Shown here: one piece after another, positions 11,952 to 22,961 of the stretch | How the letters are laid out: every line of letters starts with the position of its first letter | Numbering within the stretch: position 1 is the first letter of the stretch | Source: Mobula hypostoma | Lineage: Eukaryota | Length of the DNA stretch: 64,000 nt | NCBI RefSeq assembly: GCF_963921235.1 | Contig: NC_086097.1 | Span: 62,684,001-62,748,000, forward strand | Reading direction: 5' to 3' | Program-made: the position numbers and the translations under genes | Notes under the pieces: generated by a model | Told to the model about the DNA's origin: nothing | The model's input: only the letters and a program-made list of their open reading frames with translations | Database searches by the model: none

Positions 11952-12345
11952 GACCTTTTGCAGGATTTTCTGTTCTGGGCATTGATGTTTCCATACTGGG
12001 TCATGATTCAACCAGTCATGATACTCTCCACTGTGCATGTACAGAAGTCTGTCAAAGTTTTAAATGGCATGCCAAATTAGCACAGACAAAGTAGAGGGAC
12101 TGGCTTCCCTTCTTTGTAATGGCACTTACGTGTTGATCGCAAGAGAGTTCGTTTGAAATGTTAATGCAAAATGTTAATGTAAAGTTGCTAATTCTCTCCA
12201 TCTCTGATCCCCTGATGATGACTGGCTAATGGACCTCCAGTTTCCTCCTCCTGTAGTCAATAATCAGCTCTTTGGTTTTGCTAATGTTGAATGAGAGGTT
12301 ATTTTTATGGCACCATTCAGTCAGATTTTCAGTCTCCTTCCTATA
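11952..12345 (-). mobile_element. Rex1 LINE fragment, decayed
   Basis: Minus-strand CTVESIMTG...YGN motif as in other Rex1 copies. Confidence 0.7.
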
Positions 12346-12898
12346 CGTCCAATTGTCCAAATCATTCTTCACACATTAGTCCTATCTTCTTAACCAGTAT
12401 CTGGTGAAATTTCAATTCATTTCCTCCACTGTATGAATACCACAAGAACATCTTGACTCAGATAAGTAAGTCAGAACTACACGTAAGTAAATCATAACAG
12501 TGTGGTCTTACTATTGCAGTAACGTATGTATCTCTGTTGTTGTATTCAATTCAGTTTACTATGAAGGGAAGCACAGCAGCTTTCTGCTTGACCACTTGCT
12601 GTATCTGTGTGATTATTTTCATCAAATTCCACAAAAACACCAGTTCATTGCACTTCCTTTTTTCTAATCTGTCACCTTTCAGATAATGATTTGCCTTCTA
12701 GTTTGACACCAAAGTAAATAATTCTACAGCCACCTATATTATTCAACATAGGTCATGTAATAGCCCCCTCACTCAACCTGTCCAATTCACTCTGGAGCCC
12801 CTCAGTCTTCACCTTACAACTCACATTTCCACCTAGCTTTGGGTTATCTGCAAACTTGGAGATACTACATTTAATTTCCTCATCAAAATATTAATATA

Positions 12899-13702
12899 CA
12901 GTGGATTCTGGTTACTTGGGCCATCCATTAATTGGAGCAGCTGCTTATTTGTGACACTCTTAAAGAACAAACACAAGTCAAGAAAAAAGCTGAGATTTCC
13001 TCCATTAATTTAGGAAATTATGATACTTAAATGGGGGAGACTTTTGCTGAACAGTTTCTAACAGTCAATCATGTGCACTTGTGTGGCTATTAGACACTAC
13101 ACTGTGCTTAGAGCAAGCAGCTTTTAAATAGTGTGTGCTTGTGTTCAAAAAGCAGTAATATCTGTCAAGAAATAAGCAGAAAGACAATTCAGAACTGTTT
13201 TGCTCACTGCAGTTTCAAGCATTCCGGCTTGGAGATGCCAGAAATAGGCAGAAGTAACAATGAAATGATTTCTCCATTTAAGTAAGTTAGAAACTATGAA
13301 GAATTGGACGTATTGACAATCATCTTGAATGTTACAATGAAAATGAAGATTTAGAAGCCACAGTTATCGAAAGCATTGTGTGAAGGTAATCTATTACACT
13401 GCACTAATTTTGCACTAACCACTACACTAATTTTGTTAATTTACAGTCAATCAAAAGAACACATCAGCATACACTGGACGAATTCCTCTGTCAATAGCTA
13501 TTAGGAACTAATACACAGTTTTATGATGCTGTAGTAGCACTTTAGAGTTCTAATTTATTCTGCATTTCATTTAAATACAGTATTTGTTACTCAGTTAAAT
13601 GGTAATTTGTATTTTTATACTTTTTTAACTATTTCCATGAAACTTCAGCTAATTGAGGCAAATTCCTGATTCCAATGTGTCCCAATTAACTGGAATTTAA
13701 TA
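12899..13702. mobile_element. Non-autonomous Tigger/pogo-like DNA transposon
   Basis: TA|CAGTGGATTCTGGTTACTTGGG ... CCCAATTAACTGGAATTTAATA|TA: imperfect 22-bp TIRs, TA flanks. Confidence 0.75.
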
Positions 13703-14753
13703 TATATAGTGAGTCTGCAGGCCACCTGGAGAAGGATACATTTAATCCAACTCTTTGTTTCCTGTCTTGTGCTTTAATCTTCCATATTAACCTCTTCAAT
13801 GAGAGTTTGCTGAAATCTCTCTTAACATTCGTACCCACATTCCCTCCATCCAATTTAAAGAAAATCTAGTACCTTTATCAAGCATGAATTTTCTTTCACT
13901 TATCCAAATCATATTAAACTGATCTTGTTACTGTTTTCTAAAATGCTCCACTGTTACTTTTTTAAATAATTGACTCAGCATTTCTCTCTCTACCGATGTC
14001 TGGTTAAGCGAACTATAATTCCCTGTTTTCTCTCTTCTTCCTTTTCTTAAATAGCAAGACTGCATTAGCTACTCTGATCCGTGGGAAAGTATCTGTAGTA
14101 TAAAAGAATGCTGGAGAATTACCAACTATGTGGCATGGTAGCATAGTGGTTGGCATAATGCTATTACAGCACTCGATGAAAAATTGGAGGCTTGAATCCC
14201 ACCACTGTCTGTAAGGAGTTTCTATATTAACTCTTCTCAGGCTTCCAGCTGGATGCAGGTATTAGTTTTAACCTACATTTTAATGACAATCCCTGCCATC
14301 TTCATCAAGGATGATGCCTGGGCATGTCTAGTCTGATACTATATATACTCCCATCATCCGTCCTTCCTGATTAGTTAGTCCTCACCCAATCAACTTTCCA
14401 CTGTCACACCTCGTTTACAATTGAGTGTCAGTTCTTACTTACAGTGAGACCTTCGTGTTTGTTAAAATTCTTTTCCTCTAGTTTTATTCCAATACATCCA
14501 CATGGCATCTATTAGAAACCCATTTACACAGACTTACACCTCAACAATAACAGCCACTATCATGCCTCCCAAAGTAAAGTGGTTCTTTCTATTGTGTTTA
14601 ACTGTGAAAACTATTTCAGTCCTGGAGGGTCTCCACAGGAAATAAGACGATTATGCACAACGTTCCTACCAAATGACTACAAGATGAAAGAGATCAATTG
14701 GGCCCTTAAAAAGGTCAACAGACAAATCAGGAAACCTAACAACAAGGAGGAGC

Positions 14754-15310
14754 AACACACATCAAAGTTGCTGGTGAACGCAGCAGGCCAGGCAGCATCT
14801 ATAGGAAGAGGCGCAGTCGACGTTTCAGGCCGAGACCCTTCGTCAGGACTAACTGAAGGAAGAGTGAGTAAATGAGTAAGGGATTTGAAAGCTGGAGGGG
14901 GAGGAGGAGATGCAAAATGATAGGAGAAGACAGGAGGGGGAGGGATAGAGCCGAGAGCTGGACAGGTGATAGGCAGAAGGGGATACGAGAGGATCATGGG
15001 ACAGGAGGTCCGGGAAGAAAGACGGGGGGGGGGGTGACCCAGACGATGGGCAAGAGGTATATTCAGAGGGACAGAGGGAGAAAAAGGAGAGTGAGAGAAA
15101 GAATGTGTGCATAAAAAAGAGTAACAGATGGGGTACGAGGGGGAGGTGGGGCCTAGCGGAAGTTAGAGAAGTCAATGTTCATGCCATCAGGTTGGAGGCT
15201 ACCCATACGGAATATAAGGTGTTGTTCCTCCAACCTGAGTGTGGCTTCATCTTTACAGTAGAGGAGGCCGTGGATAGACATGTCAGAATGGGAATGGGAT
15301 GTGGAATTAA
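14754..15310 (-). mobile_element. Young Neptune-type Penelope-like fragment
   Basis: Nearly identical to 11235-11725; TSD AACAAGGAGGAGC at 14741-14753 and 15311-15323. Confidence 0.92.
14815..14850 (-). ncRNA. Minimal type I hammerhead ribozyme
   Basis: Identical to 11297-11332. Confidence 0.85.
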
Positions 15311-16000
15311 AACAAGGAGGAGCCTGACACTGCTGCCTGTCTTCCCTATATTTCCATGGTTTCTGGCAGGATCACCAGGTTCCTGAAGAGATACCAAATT
15401 AATACCATCCACAAACCCATAAGGAAGCTGAAATCACAGCTTATGCGGGTCAAAGATGACCTGGGACTCAAGACAGCTGGCGTTTACAGGATTCCCTGTG
15501 AATGTGGAGCAGTGTATATTGGCCGGATGGGATGCACGTTGGAAACCCACATCAAGGAGCACAGGAGGTTTAGCCAGTTGATTTACCCAGAGCAATCAGT
15601 GGTAGCAGGACATTACATTTGCAATTGCCACTGTATTGACTTCACAGCACAAAACCACTGTACCGCGCTAATGACTTTTGGGATCGCCTGGCAAAGGAAG
15701 CCATTGGAATAAAACTAGAGGAAAAGAATTTTAACAAAGACAAAGGTCTTGCTCTAAGTAAGAATTTGAACTCGATTGTAAACAAGATGGAGGAGCGGAA
15801 ACCTGATTGGATGAGAACTAATCAATCAAGAGGGACGGACTATGGGGTGGGGGGGGGTGCGGGTGTGTAAATACCACCAGAGTAGACATGCCTTAGGTAT
15901 CATCTCTCATCAAAGTGGTGGAGATTGTCATTGAAATGTCAGTAAAAGTCAAAACCTGTACCCACTGGAAGCCCATGGAGAGTTTATTCAGTATATACTC

Positions 16001-17489
16001 TCAATCTGGAGAGTATGTTCATTATATACATTTTCAATCTGTCCCTGGCCCAGGCAGCTGTCCCCACAAGCTTCAAGATCACCACCATCGTGCCAGTGCT
16101 GAAGCATTTCACTGCCACCGGCCTGAATGACTTCCGCCCAGTTGCACTCACCCTCATAATTGCAAAGTGCTTTGAGAGACTGGTTCTGTCACATCTGAAA
16201 TCCTGTCTGCCCACTACCCTGAAGCACTATCAATCTGCCTATCACACCAACAGGTCAACAAAGGACACCATCTCCACGGCATTTCACTCTGCCCTGACCC
16301 ACCTGGACAGCCCCAACTCTTACGTCAGAATGCTGTTCATTGACTTTAGTTCGGCATTCTATACTATAATCCCCTCCAAGCTGATCGCCAAACTTCACCA
16401 GCTTGGTATCAGCTCATCCCTCTGCAACTGGACCTTGGACCTTCTGACTAACAGAACTCAATCAGTTAAATAGACAACCTCTCCTCCTCCACTCTCACCC
16501 TGAACACCGCCGTGCCTCAAGGCTGTGTGCTGAGCCCTCTTCTTTACTCCCTTTTCACCTATGACTGTGTTCCCGTACATGGTTCTAACTCCATAATCAA
16601 GTTCGCAGACGACACTACAGTGGTTGGCCTGATCAGAGGGGATGACAAGACGGACTACAGGGAAGAGGTCCAGCACCTGGCCACGTGGTGTGCCAACAAC
16701 AACCTGGTCCTTAACACCCAGAAGTCCAAGGAGATCATTGTGGACTTCAGGCATGCTAGGAGCTACACTCACGTCCCCATCTACATCAACGGAGCTGTAG
16801 TGGAGCGTGTATCAAGCTTCAAATTCCTTGGTGTCCACATTTCTGAGGATCTCACCTGGTCCCTGAACTCCTCTATCCTGATCAAAAAGACACAACAGCG
16901 CCTTTATTTCCTGCGGAGAATGAAGAAAGCTCACCTCTGTCCCAGGATACTGACGGAATTTTACCACTGTACGATTGAGAGCATACTCACCAACTGCATC
17001 TCAGTGTGGTATGGCAATTGTCCTATATCGGACAGCAAAGCACTCCAGCGTGTGGTGAAAACGGCCCAGCAGATTACTGGCACCCAATTGCCCATCATTG
17101 AGAACATCTACCATAAACGCTGCCTGGGCAGGGCGAAAAGCATTATCAAGGATGCATCTCACCCTAACCATGGACTTTTTTACTCTCCTCTCATTCGGTA
17201 GGCACTACAGGAGCCTCCGCTCCCGCACCAGCAGGCACAGGAAGAGCTTCTTCCCTGAGGCTGTGACCCTGCTGAATCTCACATCACAGCGCTCGCAGTA
17301 TTGCACCCATATTGTACTGTCTCAGTACTTTTATATTTGTGTGCTGTAGCACTTACTTTTTATTTTCTGTTATTTTGTAAATAACAGTATTCTTCGCATT
17401 TCTGGTTAGATGCTAACTGCATTTCATTGGCTTTGAATCTGTACTCAGCACAATGACAATAAAGTTGAATCTATCTAATCTAATCTAAT
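16001..17489 (+). mobile_element. Rex1/Babar LINE, 5'-truncated (RT and 3' UTR)
   Basis: [41 protein letters not shown] then (CTAAT)n tail. Confidence 0.95.
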
Positions 17490-18161
17490 TTATGCTGGGA
17501 AAGCATTAGGTTTGAGTTTATACATTTTTCCTGTGACAACATTGGTTTCCTCTGAGTGCCATGGTTTCTTCCGACATTCCAAAGATGTACAGCTAAGGTT
17601 AGTGTTATGTGGGCATGCTATATCGCACCAGAGGCATGGAGATACTTGTTAGCAACCCAGTACAATCCTCACTGATCTGATTTGATGCAAATGATGCATT
17701 TCACTGTATGCCCAGGTGTACCTGTGACAAATAAAACTAATTTTTATCTTTATGCAACTATGTATTTACTGTTTCGGGGACCTCTTCCTAGAGACCTGAG
17801 GGATACAGACTTCCAAGTCTGTAATGCAGTAGGTTCTGCGTTTAAGCTCCACTCTGTTCTGGAGAGTATGACCTAGGCTGTCACTCCACTGATGGAATGT
17901 CTTTTCTATCAGAGATGCTTTTTCATGGCTGAGGTACAGAATCATGGCCTGCAACTGCCATCTCAGCTGATCATATTTGGAAAAGACTAGGACAAATACT
18001 TTGTCCTGGTTTCCACCTAACCTTTATTTCATATCAGTACACAAATATGTATAGAAATTAACATGATGTTTCTGCAAGCTAATTGATCCTGTTTCTAAGA
18101 AAAGTTATGGAACTTATTGCACTATTTGCAAAAATCTGTTACTTTCATTCCTGGTTTCTAC

Positions 18162-18779
18162 TGTGAGTACACTCTAAATCACCGGAAAGCCACTGAAGCT
18201 GGTGGTAGAGAAATCTTTGTTCATCGAAATAAACTGGCATTCTTCCGGAGGCTCTCTAGGTAGAGTCTCAATGAAATTGTTTACTTCAATACCTTGGGTT
18301 GACAAATGGTTTCTTTGATGCACATATTTACAGTGAAAGCATGTTGCAATTGATACACTTCTGAAGGTTCAAACACTTTTGCTGGGAGAAACTAATTAAC
18401 AGAGATATTCTAAAACCTTCTGAGGACAGAGGCCCTGATAGATATATCAGCTATTTGATGTGCTAAGTGATAGTGTGGGTCTGGTCTGCAAATTACTTAA
18501 ACCCTGGATTGATGCAGGACAATTAACATAACCATGGAGTCTTAACATTTGGCCAATGTATATGCAAACGTCTCCTGGTTACCATTTTGCAAAAAATATC
18601 TCTTAGTCTGTGGGAATACCTGTGTCCCACAGACAGTAATGTTTATTTGCAAATGTAAACTTTTAATTTCATTTTACTGCTTGCAATTTACAATCCATCT
18701 TAGGAACTGAAGACTTGAATTAATATCTTACCTGAATTAATATCTGCTATTTCACATAATTACAGAATACTCCCTAACA
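18162..18779 (-). repeat. 3' LTR of the provirus
   Basis: TG...CA ends; aligns along its length with 22962-23702, with an internal deletion. Confidence 0.85.
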
Positions 18780-18916
18780 TATCCCATCTTGTTGCATGGA
18801 CAAAAATCTATCCCAGAAAGTCCAAACTTTAAGAAAGATCTAATTAAGTAGGGCAGCAAAAATGCCGTTCACTTTGGATTACTTTCCGATTTACTAACCT
18901 ATCATGTCCCTAAGTA

Positions 18917-19050
18917 ACAGGAATTCTGCAGATGCTGGAAATTCAAGCAACACACATCAAAGTTGCTGGTGAACGCAGCAGGCCAGGCAGCATCTCTAGG
19001 AAGAGGTACAGTCGACGTTTCAGGCCGAGACCCTTCAGCAACTTTGATGT
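18917..19050. mobile_element. 134-bp Neptune-type mini insertion with a 15-bp inverted end
   Basis: TSD ATGTCCCTAAGTA at 18904-18916 and 19051-19063; CAGCAACTTTGATGT inverts ACATCAAAGTTGCTG. Confidence 0.85.
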
Positions 19051-19989
19051 ATGTCCCTAAGTATATACATCTATATTATCTATCATCCCTAACTGGCTAC
19101 CTACAAGACTAAGCAACGATAACAAATAAACATTCCAGAAATTTGATCGTATCCTCTTCTTGGACACGTTTGTCTTATCGATCTTAATCTGTCTTTAAAA
19201 TGAAGTTTTGTCGTCTGTGTGCTTGTTGCCTCCTTCCTTGCTGGCCCATTGCACTTTAATCACATCCTTATCTTCACCCCTTCAATCACTGATCACTGAA
19301 AATATCAGCAGTGGCTATCTGTAGTTACTCTATGGGCAGGGTTCATCAACAATATAACTTTGTTTCAAGTTCACATCCCATGCCTTGACAGAAGATTAAT
19401 CAGAATACTCTGACAACCAGTCTCACTGCCCCTTTGATTGATCTAAAGGAGAGTTTGGGGTGGTCTCTATATGAATAGCTACAAGGCTTCACCCCAGTGG
19501 CACCCCCTCCTGCACTGTCCTTTACATCACTGGCTCAACCACTGAAAGAGCCCCATTTGTGTTCATTCTTCTTCCGGCTGGGGTGGCTGTGTTCAGACAC
19601 TGTGCACAATGTCTTCTCTCTTTCTCGGTCTGCTTGCCATTGAGGTTGTGGAACTTGATGTATCTGCCATAACTTCAATCCTTTCCCATCTATTTTCCGA
19701 ATATATTTCCATTCCGATCTATATAACTGACCATCTACCTCCCAAAACCAGCCTTTATCAACAAGTATCAATACCGTTATTCTTTAACACTATGTTTGCA
19801 GCTTGCTGACACACTCTCTCTGTGCCTTCTGTGTTCACATTCCCGCTGCTTTTCATCCACAGGTCTACTTCCATTAGGAGCATCTACATCTGAAGCAACA
19901 GGCTGGTGTTCCTCACTTAGATTCTCTACAATGACAGGTTACTGGGTGGACCTGATCCCTTGTTCTGCCAGAAAGAGCGACAAGAAGGT

Positions 19990-20802
19990 GCAATTATCCT
20001 TGTAAGCGGAACAAGTGCTACACATGCCCTTACACAACCTCCCTCACCACCATTCAGGGCCCCAGACAGTCCTTCCAGGTGAGGCGAGACTTCACCTGTG
20101 AGTCGGCTGGGGTGATATACTACATCCGGTGCTCCTGATGTGGCCTTCTATATATTGGCGAGACCCGACGCAGACTGGGAGATAATTTCGCTGAACACCT
20201 ACGCTCTGTCCGCCAGAGAAAGTGGGATCTTCCAGTGGCCACACATTTTAATTCCACGTCCCATTCCCATTCTGATATGTCTATTCACGGCCTCCCCTAC
20301 TGTAAAGATGAAGCCACACTCAGGTTGGAAGAACAACACCTTATATTCTGTTTGGGTAGCGTCCAACCTGATGGCATGAACATTAACCTCTCAAACTTCC
20401 GCTAATGCCCCACCTCCCCCTCATACCCCATCTGTAATTTATTTATATACATACATTCTTTTTCTCTCTCTCTCCTTTTTCTCCCTCTGTCCCCCTCACT
20501 AAACCTGTTGCCCACCCTCTGGTTTTCCCCCCCTCCCCCTTCTCTTTCTCCCTAGGCCTCCTGTCCCATGATCCTCTCATATCCCTTTTACCAATCACCT
20601 GTCCAGCTCTTGGCTCCATCCCTCCCCCTCCTGTCTTCTCCTATCATTTCAAATCTCCCCCTCCCCTTCCCACTTTCAAATCTCTTGCTAGCTCTTCTTT
20701 TAGTTAGTCCTGACGAAGAGTCTCAGCCCGAAACGTCAACTGTACCTCTTCCTAGAGATGCTGCCTGGCCTGCTGCATTCACCGGCAACTTTTGTGTGTG
20801 TT
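19990..20802 (+). mobile_element. Neptune-type Penelope-like 3' fragment encoding the GIY-YIG endonuclease
   Basis: Frame 19995-20405: YPCKRNKCYTC...GVIYYIRCS*CGLLYIGETRRRL...EQHLIF...PDGMN; TSD ACAAGAAGGT at 19980-19989 and 20803-20812. Confidence 0.92.
20706..20741 (+). ncRNA. Hammerhead ribozyme with intact core and mismatched stems
   Basis: AGTC CTGACGA AGAGTCTCAGCCC GAAA CG TC AACT. Confidence 0.6.
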
Positions 20803-20829
20803 ACAAGAAGGTAGGTAACACCTTTCAAT

Positions 20830-21060
20830 CGGAGTCCAGTGTTTCTACTCGCTGTACATAGGTCTCTGTAAATAGGTCTCATTTGTCCAGAGCACCATCC
20901 ATGGACCTGTCCACCTGGGAGCAAACCCTGCTTTATCAGGGAGCTCTCTTACCATGACTTAATAACAAGACTGTGGGAGAACTATCTTCTCTCTCTATCG
21001 CTCTCTCAGATCAGCAATGTGTTGTTGCTGCTTTGCTTGGTCCTTCAACACTGTAAGCTG
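20830..21060 (-). pseudogene. pol: Retroviral-type integrase C-terminal relic
   Basis: VMVRELPDKAGFAPRWTGPWMVLWTNET at 20875-20958, resembling the PRWKGPY-V-L-T motif of retroviral integrase C-terminal domains. Confidence 0.75.
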
Positions 21061-21129
21061 ATTACAGGTATAGTGAGGGGGACAGAGGGAGAAAATGGGA
21101 GGCCGTGGATAGACATATCAGAATGGTTC

Positions 21130-22300
21130 TTTTGTGGTCTCCACCTGCCTTGGTAGGCGACTCTCATGTATCCTTCTCCTGTTAGGACGCTATCTCCAAC
21201 CCTGGCCTGGGAGACCACAGCTGTCACATATTATCTCCTCTGCCCTTCTCTGTATACTGTGGCAGTCCCCTGCTAAGTGCCCTGCGCAGTTGCAAACAAA
21301 GAAAAATTCAAGCATCTTCACTGCAGCTACGTCTGCTACAGCTGCCTTATAACCACTTTTTCCCTCCCTTTCGATCTATTTCCTCAGCCCATGAAACTTT
21401 AGTGGAGTAGGTGGATCCCAACGTCATCCCCAAATCTAAAAACTCCTGGCTTGCTGAGCTCAGCCCTTCCTTGAGCATTTTCAAGAAGGCTAGTTCATCC
21501 CTCCCTGGATTGTCCTGCTCTCAGAGACATAGTATTTTCACTCTGCATAGTCCAAGGAAGGTTCATCAGCCTTCTGAATGACTGGCATTACCATTCCCCA
21601 GTTACTCTCTCCTCTCCCAAGTCGCTGCCTCTCTCCATCCTTAAAATTCCAATATCCTTCTTCATTGCTGTCATCCCCACTCGTTGCCCATGTTCCATCC
21701 TGCAGCCCTGGTGTCATATTGTCCCACATATTTCTCGGGCTTGTGTATGTCTTTGGGATGCATCTGGTGGAATTTGATCATTTCTTCTAACTTACGCTAA
21801 AATTCAGCACTGCCACGTGCAACTCTAAGTGAGGGCAGTTCGGATAGAATGGTCTCCTTTTCCTCTGGGACAAAGGGCTAGTGGATGGTGGTGATGAGTG
21901 TGAGCGGCTGGCTGGTATCATCAGGGTTCTGAACCTGCCATTGCCCGGTCGCTATAGGTACCATCCCAACAGGCAGTACAGGGCATAATCTCTCCTCTTT
22001 GTGGACACTTCCTGGTCTAACACTTCCCATTTTCCTCTCTGCCTGCCCAGATTCCTGACTAATTCTTTCGTATATTGTTCTTACTGTTCTACCTGTTTTC
22101 CACCCATCTTTCTCTCTGTAAATATTCCTTCAGTCAGTCCAGCTCTGCTTGTACACTGTCTCATTGCTTTCTGTATTCATCCCTTTCCTCTGTAGCTCTG
22201 CTATTTGTACACTGTGTAATTCCTGACACATTGTTCTCTCTTATAAATATACATGACCGAATGACTACAGCTTTGTCTCTCCTCTTCTTTGATTGGCATT
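21130..22300 (-). pseudogene. gag: gag relic: coiled coil, capsid, zinc knuckle
   Basis: TEERDEYRKQ*DSVQAELD*LKEYLQRER near 22110-22193; PFVPEEKETILSELP; MHR-like IQKADEPSLDYAE at 21541-21580; CDSCGLPGQGWR*RP (decayed CX2CX4HX4C) at 21184-21228. Confidence 0.75.
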
Positions 22301-22939
22301 CCACCACTGCCAATGTTCCTCTGTGTTTCAGGTATTAACCCACCCAGCTTTATCCATTCCCTGTTCCACCTTCTTAAGTGTATGGAGCATATACTCTTGG
22401 AGTTCTCCCCTCTTCATAATTGAGCCAATGATGTTGCCGAATCTCTTTTATGTTGAAAATTAAGTATTTCTGCCCTATGCTCCCCTCCCCGAGCTTTGAT
22501 TCTAACAAACATACAGTCAATCACACACACAAATATTGCACTGCTATATGGCTTCCGGAATGAGTATACGTTCACCTCTCTGGCATCCCGAACAGTGTCC
22601 TCAAGTGTTCTCAGTAGTCACAGTACACTTACATCATTGTCTACCGAGCGGGAATTGTTGTCCATGCACCCCTCTGGCATCCCAAATAATCAGTAACCAC
22701 ATTTCACAACTGGTGGCCCTGTCTTGACAAACTACTCAGCGCTAACTGATAGCAAGTTCATTACACAAAACACACATACACACACCACACTTTTATATCT
22801 ACCGATTCAGCTCTGTCATGCTCTTTGATACTTCCTGGTTTTTGACCCAAGCGGATCTAAACATTGGTGCTACTTTTAAAATAAATATTCACCACTTTAG
22901 ACTGCTGAAGTCACTGACCACACAGTGGATCTTGAACAT

Positions 22940-22957
22940 ATCCTGGATGAGTCCCCA
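22940..22957 (-). promoter_or_regulatory. Primer binding site, tRNA-Pro-like
   Basis: TGGGGACTCATCCAGGAT, 15/18 match to TGGGGGCTCGTCCGGGAT, 4 nt from the LTR. Confidence 0.85.
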
Positions 22958-22961
22958 AAGA

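Larger units (their letters stand above)
14229..17513 (+). mobile_element. Penelope-like element (Poseidon type), 5'-truncated with an inverted arm; hosts two later inserts
   Basis: RT C-terminus (KPIYTDLHLNNNSH), LPYISMVS, GIY-YIG GVYRIPCECGAVYIG; 14229-14493 is an inverted copy of 15703-15990; 11/13 TSD GAGTTTCTATATT / GAGTTTATACATT. Confidence 0.85.
14132..17754 (+). mobile_element. V-domain SINE split by insertions (14132-14228 and 17527-17754)
   Basis: tRNA-like head GGCATGGTAGCATAGTGGTT; V-domain resumes near 17527; TSD CAACTATGT at 14123-14131 and 17755-17763. Confidence 0.8.
12640..17830 (-). mobile_element. Old CR1 LINE RT region split by nested insertions (pieces 12640-12896, 13703-14131, 17755-17830)
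   Basis: Minus-strand SKFADNPKLGG at about 12830-12860; CR1-like sequence resumes after each insert. Confidence 0.7.

Noticed and set aside
14132..14205. tRNA gene
   Set aside because: Decayed tRNA-derived SINE head; no intact cloverleaf
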